Assembly: GCA_041611735.1 (NCBI GenBank)
Contig: JBFIML010000016.1
Coordinates: 1-64,000 of the forward strand
DNA length: 64,000 bases
Origin: Myxococcota bacterium
Lineage (GTDB): Bacteria > Myxococcota_A > UBA9160 > PR03
Direction: 5' to 3'
Position numbers and translations under genes: made by a program. The notes under the pieces were generated by a model that worked only from the letters and a program-made list of their open reading frames with translations, was not told where the DNA came from and did no database searches. Position 1 is the first letter of the stretch; each line of letters begins with the position of its first letter. Shown here in pieces: positions 1 through 10,123 of the stretch.

Positions 1-162
1 GCCTTCCGCCACCTCCTCGGCCAGATCCACCTGCCGGTCCGCCAGCACCACCTGGGCCCCGTCCTGGGCCAGGGCCTCTGCCAGGGCGCGCCCGATCCCG
101 GAGGCGGCGCCGGTCACGAGGGCCGTGCGGCCGTGGCGGGGACCATCGGCTGCGGATTCCAC
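1..162 (-). CDS. Short-chain dehydrogenase/reductase (SDR), N-terminal part; runs off the window start
   Basis: Manual translation from GTG at 162: MESAADGPRHGRTALVTGAASGIGRALAEALAQDGAQVVLADRQ. It has the TGxxxGIG Rossmann motif and a GAGGAG RBS 8 nt upstream. Not in the ORF track. Confidence 0.85.
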   Translation of the reverse strand, partial: MESAADGPRHGRTALVTGAASGIGRALAEALAQDGAQVVLADRQVDLAEEVAEG

Positions 163-302
163 GCTCGCATCTCCTCGCACTGCGTTCTAGCACACCCGAG
201 GGGGCCGGATCCGGCCGAAAGGCGTGGCTCCATCGTGTGGCCAGGGCCTAGACTCGGGCTATCGCGGGTCGGCGGCTGAGGCGGGTCGGCGGTGGAGGCG
301 GC

Positions 303-1109
303 ATGGGAAAGCAGACCCCGCTCGATCCCCTGTTCGAGGTCGTCGACGAGGCGACGTCTCGCGATTCGACGCCTGGCCTTCTGGCAACCTCCTTGCCGGG
401 CACCGTCCGCGACGCGATCCCCCGCGCCTGCCTCGGGTGCGCGGAGCGGCTCCTCCCGCACCTGGCCCAGAACCTTCGTCTGGGCGTCCAGCTCGAAACC
501 CTCGAGCTGGCGCACGCCGCCTGGCGCAGTCTGCTCGACGCGCTTCCGGTGGGCCTGCTGCTCGTGGGCGAGGCGGGCGACGTGCTCGAAGCCAACCGGA
601 CCGCGCAAGCCATCCTCGATCAGCGCGACGGTCTCGTCACCCACGAGGGCCGGCTGCGCGGGGCAACCTCCGAGGCCACCCGGGCCCTCGATCGGGCCTG
701 CCGCGCGCGGGGCTCCCCGTCCGCGCCGGACGCGGGCCGGGTGCTGAACCTGCCCCGGCCGTCGGGGCTCCGGGCCCTCCAACTCCTGGCCCGGCCGCTC
801 GCGCTTCCGGAAGCCGGCCCGTGTGGGCTCGGCTGTCCGGTGGCGGCGCTCTTCGTGAGGGACCCCGAGGCGGAGCCCGCCCTGGACGTGGATCGCGTGC
901 AACGCCTGTACGGGCTCACCCCACCCGAGGCCCGGGTGGCGGTCGAGCTCGCCCGCGGCCGCTCGCTGGTCGAGATCGCCACGCGGCTCGGTGTGCAGGA
1001 GAACACCGTGCGCTGGCATCTCAAGCAGGTCTTCGCGCGCACCGGAACCCACCGACAGGTGGATCTCGTGCGCCTGCTGCTGTCCGGCTTGATGGAGCTG
1101 ACTCCCTGA
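303..1109 (+). CDS. LuxR-type HTH transcriptional regulator with PAS-like middle region
   Basis: C-terminal GLTPPEARVAVELARGRSLVEIATRLGVQENTVRWHLKQVFARTG is a LuxR HTH. LDALPVGLLLV...VLEANRTA is PAS-like. Confidence 0.85.
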   Translation: MGKQTPLDPLFEVVDEATSRDSTPGLLATSLPGTVRDAIPRACLGCAERLLPHLAQNLRLGVQLETLELAHAAWRSLLDALPVGLLLVGEAGDVLEANRTAQAILDQRDGLVTHEGRLRGATSEATRALDRACRARGSPSAPDAGRVLNLPRPSGLRALQLLARPLALPEAGPCGLGCPVAALFVRDPEAEPALDVDRVQRLYGLTPPEARVAVELARGRSLVEIATRLGVQENTVRWHLKQVFARTGTHRQVDLVRLLLSGLMELTP

Positions 1110-1213
1110 GCCCAGGGTCCTCGAACGGCACCCGCGTCGCCGTTTCTCGAGCGGGCAGCCCCGGCCGTGGGACTATGCTACCCGAGGCCGCATCGCAGCG
1201 GGGCACACCTGGG

Positions 1214-2410
1214 ATGCGCATCGCCCTGGCGCACATGCGCCACGCCCGGACCGGGGGGACCGAGCGCCATCTGAACCAGATCGCGGTGCACCTGGCCGAG
1301 CAGGGCCACGCCGTCACGATCGTGTGCCGCAGCCACGCGGAAGCGCCTCACCCGGCCGTGCGCTTCGTGGTGCTGAGAGGCTTCGCGCCGTCCAGCGCAT
1401 GGCGGATGTGGGACTTCGCGCGGCGTCTCGAGCACCACGTGATGGAAAGCGCCTACGACCTGGTCTACGGCCTCGGCAAGACGTGGACCCACGACCTGAT
1501 CCGGCTCGGCGGCGGCTGCCACGCCAGCTATCTGGAGCGTGCCCACGGCGAGAGCCGTTCGGCCCTGGCTCGCGTCCTGCGCGCCAGTGCGCTCAAGAAC
1601 CGACTGGCCCTGGCCATCGAGGCCCGAGCCCTGGCGCCAGGCGCCTGCCGACGGGTGGTCGTGAACTCGGAGATGGTGGGCCGCGACGTGCAGCGGCGTC
1701 ACGGCGTGCCTGCCGAGCGCATCGTGTTGATCCGCAATGGCGTGGACCTGGCAGCCTTCCGCCCGGACCCCGCCGACGCGGCGGCCCAGGCCCTGCGTCA
1801 CGTCTGCGGCTTCCGGGCCGAGGACCGGGTCTACCTCTTCCTCGGCAGCGGCTACGGTCGCAAGGGCCTGGACCGGCTGCTCGACGCCTTCCCCGGCGTG
1901 CTCGCGCAGCGTCCGGAGGCACGTCTGCTGGTGGTGGGCGCCGACTCGAGCCGACGCCGCTGGGAGGCCCGGGCCCGCCAGCTCGGTCTCGGCGCGCGCG
2001 CGTGCTTCCTCGGCCCGCGCAGCGACACCGTGCACTGCTACCGGGCCGCCGACGTCTACGTGCTCCCGTCCCGCTACGACCCCTTCGCCAACACCACCCT
2101 CGAAGCGCTGGCCTCGGGATTGCCGGTGGTGACCAGCTCCAGCAACGGGGCCAGCGAGCTGCTGCGAGGCGGTGGCGCGGGCAGCCTGCTGCCCGAGGAC
2201 TTCCGCGACCCCGACCTCGTCCAGGCGCTCCTCCACTGGGCGGACCCGGGCCGGCTGGCCGAGGGAGCGCGGGCCGCGCGCCGCCTGGCCGAGCGACACC
2301 CGGTCGCCGCCGTCGCCCGGCACACCGAACGGCTGCTGCGGGAGGTCGCCCGGGAGAAGGGCGCCGCCTCCGCTGCGCCGGCCGCGCCCGGTCCTGGGTC
2401 GGGCTGCTAG
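1214..2410 (+). CDS. Glycosyltransferase family 4 (WaaG/RfaG-like LPS core glucosyltransferase)
   Basis: Real start MRIALAH..GGTER at 1214 inside ORF 224..2410. Motifs NGVD, FLGSGYGRKG and LPSRYDPFANTTLEALASGLPVV. Confidence 0.9.
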   Translation: MRIALAHMRHARTGGTERHLNQIAVHLAEQGHAVTIVCRSHAEAPHPAVRFVVLRGFAPSSAWRMWDFARRLEHHVMESAYDLVYGLGKTWTHDLIRLGGGCHASYLERAHGESRSALARVLRASALKNRLALAIEARALAPGACRRVVVNSEMVGRDVQRRHGVPAERIVLIRNGVDLAAFRPDPADAAAQALRHVCGFRAEDRVYLFLGSGYGRKGLDRLLDAFPGVLAQRPEARLLVVGADSSRRRWEARARQLGLGARACFLGPRSDTVHCYRAADVYVLPSRYDPFANTTLEALASGLPVVTSSSNGASELLRGGGAGSLLPEDFRDPDLVQALLHWADPGRLAEGARAARRLAERHPVAAVARHTERLLREVAREKGAASAAPAAPGPGSGC

Positions 2411-3117
2411 GCGCCGCCCCCGTCCGTCACGCGTTCCAGGCGCCACACGAAGTGCTGGGCGAGCAGCGACTCGAGGGGCCGCGGCACCCCGTAGCGCCAC
2501 TTGTAGCGACCTCCCCGTCCGGCCAGACGCCCGAGCTTCGAGAGCAGCGACTGCTTGCCGAAGGAGGCCCGTGCCCGCAGCCGGAAGCCGGCCTGCTCCA
2601 GCATCCCGCGCAGCGTGCCGCGGGTGAAGAAGCGGAAGTGGTAGCCCTCCTGCTTGGGCGGGTGGCCGGTCAGGGCCCGCCAGCGGTAGGTCCAGTGCAC
2701 CACGTTCGGTGTGGTCACGATCAGCCAGCCGCCGGGTCGGATCACCCGTGCCAGCTCGGCGGCCAGGGCCTCGGCCCGCACGATGTGCTCGATCACCTCG
2801 ATCAGCGTCGCGCCGTCCAGGCTCGCGTCGCGGAAGGGCAGGCCCTGGTTCAAATTGGCCACCACGCCGCCGCGGTGGCTGCGTCCAGCGGCGGCCGCGT
2901 TGGCGGGCCAGTAGTCCAGGCCGAGGCCACGCAGACCCTGCTCTGTAGCCCGCTCCAGGAACTCGCCCTGGCCGCAGCCCAGGTCGATCCAGCGTCCGGC
3001 GGCGCGGGCCTGGGGCAGCAGCCGGGCCGCGTAGTCGTACCACGGCCTGTCCGTGACGCGACGGCGCACGCGGTCGCTCTCGTGGGCGGCGGTGGCGGCG
3101 GGCGACTCGACCGTCAC
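2407..3117 (-). CDS. Class I SAM-dependent methyltransferase
   Basis: IDLGCGQG motif I, EVIEHI, and RVIRPGGWLIVTTPN. Start codon approximate (GTG at 3117). Confidence 0.85.
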   Translation of the reverse strand: MTVESPAATAAHESDRVRRRVTDRPWYDYAARLLPQARAAGRWIDLGCGQGEFLERATEQGLRGLGLDYWPANAAAAGRSHRGGVVANLNQGLPFRDASLDGATLIEVIEHIVRAEALAAELARVIRPGGWLIVTTPNVVHWTYRWRALTGHPPKQEGYHFRFFTRGTLRGMLEQAGFRLRARASFGKQSLLSKLGRLAGRGGRYKWRYGVPRPLESLLAQHFVWRLERVTDGGGA

Positions 3118-3291
3118 CGCCTCGCTCCGGGAGACCTCGTCGCCAACGCGCGCCCCACGCGGACCACGATAGCCGGTGGGGAGGTCCCGGGCTCCCGGGC
3201 GTGCCGGGCCGTGCCCAGCGATCGGGCCGGCCTGCTTCGCTAGTGTCCCGTCGCGCGCGTCTCGGGGAGCGCGGCACATTCTCGGGAGAGC

Positions 3292-4128
3292 GTGAGCGAG
3301 ACACGGCGGGCTCGGGCGGACACGGGCGAGGAGCCGGCCGGGGCAGCGGGGCCGGGCCTCTCGGGCTGTGTGGTCGCCATGGACGAGGAGGACCGCATCG
3401 CGGACTGCCTCGCCTCCCTGGACTTCTGCGACGAGATCGTCGTGGTGGACTCCCATTCCTCGGACCGCACCCGTGAGCGTGCGGCGGAGCGGGGCGCGCG
3501 CGTGATCGAGCGCGACTGGCCCGGCCACGTGGCCCAGAAGGAGTTCGCCGTCCGGGCCGCGCGGAACGACTGGATCCTCGCCCTGGACGCCGACGAACGC
3601 ATCTCGCCGGAGCTGCGCCGCGAGATCCTGGCGCTCCGTGAGGCCGGCTTTCCCGCCTACGCGGGCTGGCGCATGCCACGCCGCTCCAGCTACCTGGGCC
3701 GCTGGATCCGGCACGGCACCTGGTACCCGGACCTCCAGCTCCGGCTCTTCGACCGCCGCCGGGCGCGCTGGGGCGGCGACGATCCCCACGACCGGGTCGA
3801 GACCGAGGGCCCGATCGGGCGCCTGCGGGGCGAGATCCTGCACCACCCGTACCGGAGCCTGGCGGAGCACCTGGCCACCATCGACCGCTACACGACGATC
3901 ATGGCCGAGGGCATGCGCCGTCGCGGCGAGCGCGCGCGGCGCCGCGACTGGGTGCTGCGGCCCTGGGGGCGCTTCCTGGTCTTCTACGTGGTGCGCGGCG
4001 GCTTCCTGGAAGGCTGGCGCGGGCTCCTGATGGCCTACCTGGCGGCCCATTACGTGCGGCTCAAGTGGGCCAAGCTCTACGTGCTCCAGCGCGGGGAGCA
4101 GCAGCAACCCGAGCCGCCGGCCTCATGA
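3292..4128 (+). CDS. Glycosyltransferase family 2 (WaaE/KdtX-like beta-1,4-glucosyltransferase)
   Basis: VVVDSHSSDRT, WILALDADE, WYPDLQLRLF and GFLEGWRG motifs typical of this GT2 subfamily. Confidence 0.9.
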   Translation: MSETRRARADTGEEPAGAAGPGLSGCVVAMDEEDRIADCLASLDFCDEIVVVDSHSSDRTRERAAERGARVIERDWPGHVAQKEFAVRAARNDWILALDADERISPELRREILALREAGFPAYAGWRMPRRSSYLGRWIRHGTWYPDLQLRLFDRRRARWGGDDPHDRVETEGPIGRLRGEILHHPYRSLAEHLATIDRYTTIMAEGMRRRGERARRRDWVLRPWGRFLVFYVVRGGFLEGWRGLLMAYLAAHYVRLKWAKLYVLQRGEQQQPEPPAS

Positions 4129-5598
4129 CGGCGGCCCGGTGGCGTTGCGGACCAGCTGCGCGTAGAAGGCGACGGCGCCGGGGAGGTCCGCTACCGCCAG
4201 CCGTTCGTTCGTTCCGTGGGCGCGGGCCAGGTCCCCGGGGCCTGCCTGGAAGGGGGCGAAACGGTAGACGTCTTGCGTGAGCGGGCCGAACCAGCGTGCG
4301 TCGGTGGCTCCGAGCACCAGGTTCGGTGCCACCAGCACGTCCGGGAAGATCTGGCGGATGGTGCGCGACAGGATCGCGAAGCCCCAGGAGTCCGTGTCGG
4401 CCGTCGGTGAAGGCTCGCTGGCGAAGGCCCCGTGCTGCGCGACCTCGATGCGGTCGTCGTCGATGCTGCGGCGCACGTGCGCGATCACACCCTCCATCGT
4501 GTCTCCGGGCAGGATGCGGAAGTTGACCACCGCCCGGGCGCGGATCGGGAGCACGTTGTCCTTGGGCGAGCCCTCGAACATGGTGGCCGCCGTGGTGGTG
4601 CGCACCAGGGCATTGCCGAGCGGGGAGCGACCCAGGCGCCGGATCACCAGGGGCTCCGTCAGCCACAGATTCGCCAGGGCCACGCGCATGGGTAGGTCCC
4701 CAGCGGACCCGACCGCCAGCAGCAGTCCCCGGCTCGCGTCGCCCAGACCCCGCGGCATCTGATCGCGCTCCAGGCGATGGATGGCACTGGCCAGGATGCC
4801 GACCCCGCTCTGGGGCGGTGGACGGGAAGAGTGGCCGCCCTTGGAGGTGACGCGCAGCTCGAGCGAGAGGTAGCCCTTCTCGGCGATGCCCACGAGGGCG
4901 ATGGTGCGCGAGACCCCTGGCACGACACCCGGGAGCGCCAGCGCGCCCCCCTCGTCCAGCACGAGCTCCGGCGCGACGCCGCGCGCGGCCAGCAGCTCCG
5001 CCGTCCTGCGGGCCCCGTCGCCGCCACCCACCTCCTCGTCGTGGCCGAAGGCCAGGTACAAGGTGCGGGCGGGACGAAAACCCTCCCGGGCCAGACGGTC
5101 CACCGCCTCGCAGAGCGCCACGAGGCTCCCCTTGTCGTCCAGGGCACCGCGCCCCCACACCCAGCCGTCGGCGACCGTGCCCGCGAAGGGCGGATGCTCC
5201 CAGTCGTCCTCGGTGCCGGGCTGGACCGGCACCACGTCGTAGTGGGCCATGAGGACCACCGGCGCCAGGGCCGGATTGCTGCCGGCCCAGCGAAAGAGGA
5301 GCCCAGCGCGGCCCACGCGCTCCCGCTCGAGGCGGCGGTGGAGGGCGGGCCAGGTCTCGGCCAGAAAGGTCTGGAAGCCCTGGAAGGCCGCCGCGTCGAC
5401 CTGCTGCACGTCTTCGTACGCGACGGTCGGGATGCGGACGGCCTCGGCGAGACGCTCCGCCATCGTCTCCGCCGCTACCCCCATCCGCTCCACGGGCTCC
5501 ACGGCGACGTCCGTGGGGAGCAAGCGCGCCGTGCGCACCGCCATCACGGCGGCGAGCCCGACCCCCAGCAGCAGGAGCGCGCGGAGAAGCCTGCGCAT
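4123..5598 (-). CDS. M20 family metallopeptidase/amidohydrolase (PM20D1/CPS1-like), N-terminally anchored
   Basis: MAHYDVVP, GRGALDDKG, GHDEEVGG, LDEGG and GATDAR...AHGTNER, plus an N-terminal hydrophobic helix. Confidence 0.92.
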   Translation of the reverse strand: MRRLLRALLLLGVGLAAVMAVRTARLLPTDVAVEPVERMGVAAETMAERLAEAVRIPTVAYEDVQQVDAAAFQGFQTFLAETWPALHRRLERERVGRAGLLFRWAGSNPALAPVVLMAHYDVVPVQPGTEDDWEHPPFAGTVADGWVWGRGALDDKGSLVALCEAVDRLAREGFRPARTLYLAFGHDEEVGGGDGARRTAELLAARGVAPELVLDEGGALALPGVVPGVSRTIALVGIAEKGYLSLELRVTSKGGHSSRPPPQSGVGILASAIHRLERDQMPRGLGDASRGLLLAVGSAGDLPMRVALANLWLTEPLVIRRLGRSPLGNALVRTTTAATMFEGSPKDNVLPIRARAVVNFRILPGDTMEGVIAHVRRSIDDDRIEVAQHGAFASEPSPTADTDSWGFAILSRTIRQIFPDVLVAPNLVLGATDARWFGPLTQDVYRFAPFQAGPGDLARAHGTNERLAVADLPGAVAFYAQLVRNATGPPS

Positions 5599-5634
5599 GG
5601 GAGCGCGAGTATGGCACGCACTCCGGGACGCAGC

Positions 5635-6684
5635 CTAGCCCGGGGCGATCAGGTAGCGATCCGTGTGGGGGAGCCACCAGCCGGCCTGGCGGTGGTGGGT
5701 GGGGTGGCGAGTGAACGGGCGCCGCGCATCCTCCACCGCCAGGTTGCCCGCCACCGCGATGCGCGGCACCTCGCCCACCCCGAGGCCGAGGCGCCGGCAG
5801 TGGCGCAGGTAGCCGATCTCGGCGGGGTCGAAGCCCATCAGGAAGGCGGCCAGCGTGTCCACCGCCAGGGCGTCGGTCCCGGCCAGGGCGAGCCGCCAGG
5901 GCACGAGGTCGCCATCCGCCGGGCCGCTCCCCTCCATGCCCTCCCAGCCGTCGATCACCGCCAGGTGCGGCCACGCGCGCGCCGCCACCCGTGCCAGATT
6001 CACGTTCAAGGCCGCATAGCCCTGGTGCATGGCCATCTTGCTCGAGCCGGTCAGGCGTCCCACCAGGGCGGCCTTGCTCCACTCGGCCAGGCGCGACTCC
6101 CGGATCCGGCGCGGTGCCAGGCGCTCCAGGGTGGCCAACCGCAGGCGGTCGCCGTGCTCTCCCGCCAGGGTCCGGTTCACCAGGGACCCCATCACGATGT
6201 TCTTCACGGCGAGGGTCACCCCCACCGCATCGTGGGTCTTCGGCGGGCACACCGACACCCGGAAGTCGGCCTCGGCCACGCGGCGCGAGAGCTCCACCGG
6301 GAAGGGACGCAGACGGCGGTCGAAGACCCGGACCGGGATCGAGGCGTCCGCGTTCAGGTCCACGAGCTCCACGTCGTACTCGGCGACCAACGCCTCGTAG
6401 CCGTAGCGGCGGAAGCCCTCGCGGGTGGGCGAGACCCCAGCGCCCTCGGCCACGACGATCGGGCCGTCCCAGCGGGCGCGCAGGAAGTCGAGTACGGCTC
6501 GCACCGCGTCCACGTGGGTCGCCGCCAGCGGGCGGTCCACGCGCACGAAGTTGGGCTTCACCAGGACGCGGCGCACGCCTTCGAGGCGCACCTCCTTGGC
6601 GATGGCCTCGAGCGCCCCGGCGACGCTCTCCGTGCGGCTGCGGCCCCGGGTGAGGGCCACCGTGGCCTGATCGCGTCTTCCCAC
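5635..6684 (-). CDS. DUF362 domain-containing protein
   Basis: VLVKPN, PKTHDAVGVTLAVKN, IDGWEGMEGSGP and DALAVD..A..MG. GTG start at 6684 with a GGAGGA RBS. Confidence 0.85.
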   Translation of the reverse strand: MGRRDQATVALTRGRSRTESVAGALEAIAKEVRLEGVRRVLVKPNFVRVDRPLAATHVDAVRAVLDFLRARWDGPIVVAEGAGVSPTREGFRRYGYEALVAEYDVELVDLNADASIPVRVFDRRLRPFPVELSRRVAEADFRVSVCPPKTHDAVGVTLAVKNIVMGSLVNRTLAGEHGDRLRLATLERLAPRRIRESRLAEWSKAALVGRLTGSSKMAMHQGYAALNVNLARVAARAWPHLAVIDGWEGMEGSGPADGDLVPWRLALAGTDALAVDTLAAFLMGFDPAEIGYLRHCRRLGLGVGEVPRIAVAGNLAVEDARRPFTRHPTHHRQAGWWLPHTDRYLIAPG

Positions 6685-6727
6685 GGCTCCTCCGTTGCGT
6701 GCTGGACAGGGTACCGTATGAGGCGTC

Positions 6728-7408
6728 GTGACGCGTCGTGAGCTGGCCCATCGCATCGAGCACAGCCTGCTGCGCCCGGAGGCGACGGCGGCGCAGGTGC
6801 GTACGCTCTGCGAAGAGGCGCGCCGCTACGGATTCGCGGCCGTGTGCGTCCCGCCGGTCTGGGTGGCGCGCGCTGCGCGCATCCTCGCCGGAGAGCGCAC
6901 CCGCATTGCGAGCGTGATCGGCTTTCCCCATGGCACGACGCTTGCGGCGGTCAAGGCCTTCGAGGCGGAGCAGGTGCTCGACCGGGGCGCCCACGAGCTC
7001 GATCTCGTGCTCCACGTGGGAGCGCTGCGGGGTGGCGACGACGCCGCGATCCTGGACGAGGTGCGGGCGGTGGTGGACGTGGCGCATCGCCAGCCGCGGA
7101 CCGTCGTGAAGGTGATCCTGGAGACGGGTCTGCTCTCCGACGAGGAGAAGACCCACGCCGCCCGTATCGCAGCTTCGGCGGGAGCCGACTTCGTCAAGAC
7201 CTCGACGGGCTTCGGGCCGGGCGGCGCCAGCGTCCACGACGTGGCGCTCCTGCACCGGGCGGTGGGTGACCGCCTCGGGGTCAAGGCGGCGGGCGGCATC
7301 CGCGACCTGGCCACCGCCCGGGCCCTGCTGGCGGCGGGGGCCACGCGCCTCGGCTGCTCCGCGTCGGTGGCCATCGTGAGCGAGCTCCCCGAGGGTCCCG
7401 AGGCGTGA
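6728..7408 (+). CDS. deoC: Deoxyribose-phosphate aldolase
   Basis: VIGFPHG, VKVILETG, ADFVKTSTGF, GVKAAGGIR and RLGCS. Confidence 0.95.
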   Translation: MTRRELAHRIEHSLLRPEATAAQVRTLCEEARRYGFAAVCVPPVWVARAARILAGERTRIASVIGFPHGTTLAAVKAFEAEQVLDRGAHELDLVLHVGALRGGDDAAILDEVRAVVDVAHRQPRTVVKVILETGLLSDEEKTHAARIAASAGADFVKTSTGFGPGGASVHDVALLHRAVGDRLGVKAAGGIRDLATARALLAAGATRLGCSASVAIVSELPEGPEA

Positions 7409-7576
7409 AGGCGCGTTCACGCGCTTGCCCCCTGCGGCCCGGTCGCCAGCTTCGCCGAGCCTCCCTCGACCGGTCCCGGCCGAGTGCTTGCCATGCATCG
7501 CGCAGCCCGCACCGCGTTGGCGGTGCTCGTCCTCGCCGGGCCTCGGATCACGAGGCCCGTGGAGGTGCGCTTCCGG

Positions 7577-8485
7577 CTACGGAGGGGGCGCCGACGGCCC
7601 GGGGGCTTCGACCCCGCCGGGCGCCACCAGGGCGAGGGCGGCGGGACGCACCTCGAGGCCGACCGGGGTCGTTCCCCAGTGGTCCCCGTCCACCTGCACC
7701 GCCACCGGCTCGCGGGCGTCGATGTGCACCTGGCGCCCGGTGAGCTGGACGGCCCCGGGCAGATGGGAGACGCGCCCCAGGAACGCCGCCGCCACCGCGC
7801 CCACCAGATGGGCGCTGCGCGCCCGGCGCAGCAGACACAGGTCCAGGTGTCCGGAGTCGCAGCGCGCTCGTTCCGTCACCCGGAAGAGCCCGCCGTAGTG
7901 GCGCACGTTGCTCACCACCACCAGGGCTCCGGCCAGGGGCTCGCCGCCGTCCACCCGCACCGCCAGGGCGGGCTCCTGGTAGTGGCGCCAGGTGCGCCAG
8001 ATGGCCGGGAGGTAGCCTGCGTAGCCGAGCGTTCCGACGCGGCGGCGGCGCACGGTCTCGGTCACCTGGGCGTCGAAGCCGGCGCTCACCACGGTGACGA
8101 AGCGCTGGCCGTCTACCAGGCCGAGGTCCACCCGCCGCACCGGCCGCGCCTCGAGGAGCGCCACGAAGGCGTCCAGCCGCCGCGGGATCCCGAGCTCCCG
8201 GGCCAGGTTGTTGGCGTTCCCGACCGGGAGGCTGGCGATCGGCGTGCGGGCGGGATCCGCGAGCCCGTTCACCGCCTCGTTCAGGGTGCCGTCGCCGCCG
8301 GCCACCACCAGGCAGTCGGCCCGGCCCTCCGCCTCGCCGGCCCAGGTGCGGGCGTCACCGCGCCGCCGGGTGAGGCGGCACTCGACCTCGTGTCCCCGCG
8401 CCGTGAGCCGTGCCGCCAGCTGCTGCGCGGCCCCTCCGGCGCGACCGTGCCCGGCGATCGGGTTGGCAACGACCTGGATCCTCAC
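7577..8485 (-). CDS. Diacylglycerol kinase family lipid kinase (YegS/BmrU-like)
   Basis: NPIAG, AGGDGTLNE, LPVGNANNLA, SAGFDA and QVDGD. Confidence 0.9.
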   Translation of the reverse strand: MRIQVVANPIAGHGRAGGAAQQLAARLTARGHEVECRLTRRRGDARTWAGEAEGRADCLVVAGGDGTLNEAVNGLADPARTPIASLPVGNANNLARELGIPRRLDAFVALLEARPVRRVDLGLVDGQRFVTVVSAGFDAQVTETVRRRRVGTLGYAGYLPAIWRTWRHYQEPALAVRVDGGEPLAGALVVVSNVRHYGGLFRVTERARCDSGHLDLCLLRRARSAHLVGAVAAAFLGRVSHLPGAVQLTGRQVHIDAREPVAVQVDGDHWGTTPVGLEVRPAALALVAPGGVEAPGPSAPPP

Positions 8486-8904
8486 GCGCCCGGCTGACGC
8501 GGGCGGAAGGTGGGCAGGGCCCGGGTCTCCGAGACCGGCTCGAAGACCACCTCCACCGGGAGGTCGAGCAGCAGGCGCTCGGGCGGGCAGTCACGCAGGC
8601 GACTCACCAGGCGCACACCCTCTTCGAGCTCGACGACCACCACCACGTAGGGGACGTCGGCGGCCCAGGGCGGGTAGGGCGCCCGGTGGGTCACGGTCCA
8701 GGTGTGGAGGCGCCCGCGTCCGCTGGAGGGCGCCCACTGCCAGTCGGGCGACCCGCAGCGGGCGCAGCGGTGGCGGGGCAGGTGACGCCAGGCGTCGCAG
8801 GCGCGGCAGCGCTGGAAGCACAGCCGTCCCCGGGCGCACTCCGCGTAGAACTCCGCGGCGAGCCCCTCGGGCTGCGGGAGCGGCTGTGCCCGGGCCTCGC
8901 TCAT
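8482..8904 (-). CDS. DUF35 Zn-ribbon/OB-fold protein
   Basis: [14 protein letters not shown] zinc ribbon, GRLHTWTV and [14 protein letters not shown] at 8904 overlaps the upstream stop. Confidence 0.9.
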   Translation of the reverse strand: MSEARAQPLPQPEGLAAEFYAECARGRLCFQRCRACDAWRHLPRHRCARCGSPDWQWAPSSGRGRLHTWTVTHRAPYPPWAADVPYVVVVVELEEGVRLVSRLRDCPPERLLLDLPVEVVFEPVSETRALPTFRPRQPGA

Positions 8905-10064
8905 CGGTCCCGCGCCAGGATGGCGACGCTTCCGTCGCCGAAGTCGCCCCAGCCGGTGACGAGGCCGAGCTCCGCATCCGGCACCTGTCCGGCCCCGGCG
9001 CTTCCGCGTAGCTGGCGCACCGCCTCCACCACGTGGTTCAGACCCCAGACGTGGGCCTCGGACAGCAGGCCGCCGTGGGTGTTCACGGGCAGCTCGCCGC
9101 CGCGCTCGATGCGGCCGCCGGCCACGAAGTCGCCGGACTCGCCGGGCCTGCACAGGCCGAGGGCCTCGAGCTGGAGCAGTACCACGTAGGTGAAGCAGTC
9201 GTAGATCTGGAGGAAGTCGAGATCCCGGGCAGCGACGCCGGCCCGGGCGAAGGCGCGGGGCGCCGCGTGCTGGAGCCCGATCTCGAGCAGATCGCGCCGG
9301 CCGGCCACGTCGTCGGCGGGCACCGGCCGCCCCTGGGCCGCGCCGAGGATCCCCACCGGCGGGTGGCGCAGGTCCCGGGCCCGCTCGCTACGGCTCACCA
9401 CCACCGCGCAGGCGCCGTCGGTCTCGAGACAGCAGTCGAGGAGCCGAAACGGCGTGGTGATCCACGGCGACGCCAGGTACTGCTCGAGGTCGAGGGGCCG
9501 GCCGTGCATCACGGCCCGCGGGTTCGTCTGGGCGTGCCGGCGACAGGCCAGCGCTACCGCCCCGGTGGCCTCCGGGCGGATCCCGTAGCGCTGCTGGTGG
9601 CGGGTGGCGATCCAGGCATAGAACTGGGCCGGCGCCACGGCGCCGTAGGGCAGGTACCAGTCGAGCACGGTCCGCGTCATGGTGGGGATGTCGAAGCGCT
9701 CGCGCGGCCGGCCGGGCTTCGGCCGGATCGCCGAGTAGCCGTTCCAGCCGAGCACCACCAGCACGTGCTCCGCCGCCCCGTGGGCGAGAGCCATGGCGGC
9801 GGTCTCCAGCGCCGCCACGGGGCTCGCACCGCCCATGTGCAGGGTCACCGCGTAGCGCAGCTCCGCCAGCCCGAGCTCCGCCGCCAGCGCCTCGGCGGTC
9901 ACGTACACGGGCGGCGGGATCAGGCCGTCCACCTCGCGGGCCGGGAGCCCCGCATCGTCCAGGGCACGCCGCGCGGCCTCGAGCATCTGCTCGACCGCGC
10001 TGCGCTCCGCACCGCGCAGGTACTCCGTCTCCCCGACGCCGGTGATGGCGGCCCCGCCCTGCAA
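8901..10064 (-). CDS. Thiolase-like (SCP-x/Ltp2-type) protein
   Basis: [24 protein letters not shown] and [11 protein letters not shown]. Start approximate (TTG at 10064). Confidence 0.9.
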   Translation of the reverse strand: MQGGAAITGVGETEYLRGAERSAVEQMLEAARRALDDAGLPAREVDGLIPPPVYVTAEALAAELGLAELRYAVTLHMGGASPVAALETAAMALAHGAAEHVLVVLGWNGYSAIRPKPGRPRERFDIPTMTRTVLDWYLPYGAVAPAQFYAWIATRHQQRYGIRPEATGAVALACRRHAQTNPRAVMHGRPLDLEQYLASPWITTPFRLLDCCLETDGACAVVVSRSERARDLRHPPVGILGAAQGRPVPADDVAGRRDLLEIGLQHAAPRAFARAGVAARDLDFLQIYDCFTYVVLLQLEALGLCRPGESGDFVAGGRIERGGELPVNTHGGLLSEAHVWGLNHVVEAVRQLRGSAGAGQVPDAELGLVTGWGDFGDGSVAILARDR

Positions 10065-10123
10065 GCCCGTCCCGTGCCCTCCCGGCGCACGACGGTATCG
10101 CAGGCCGGCGTGCCGCGGCGGCT

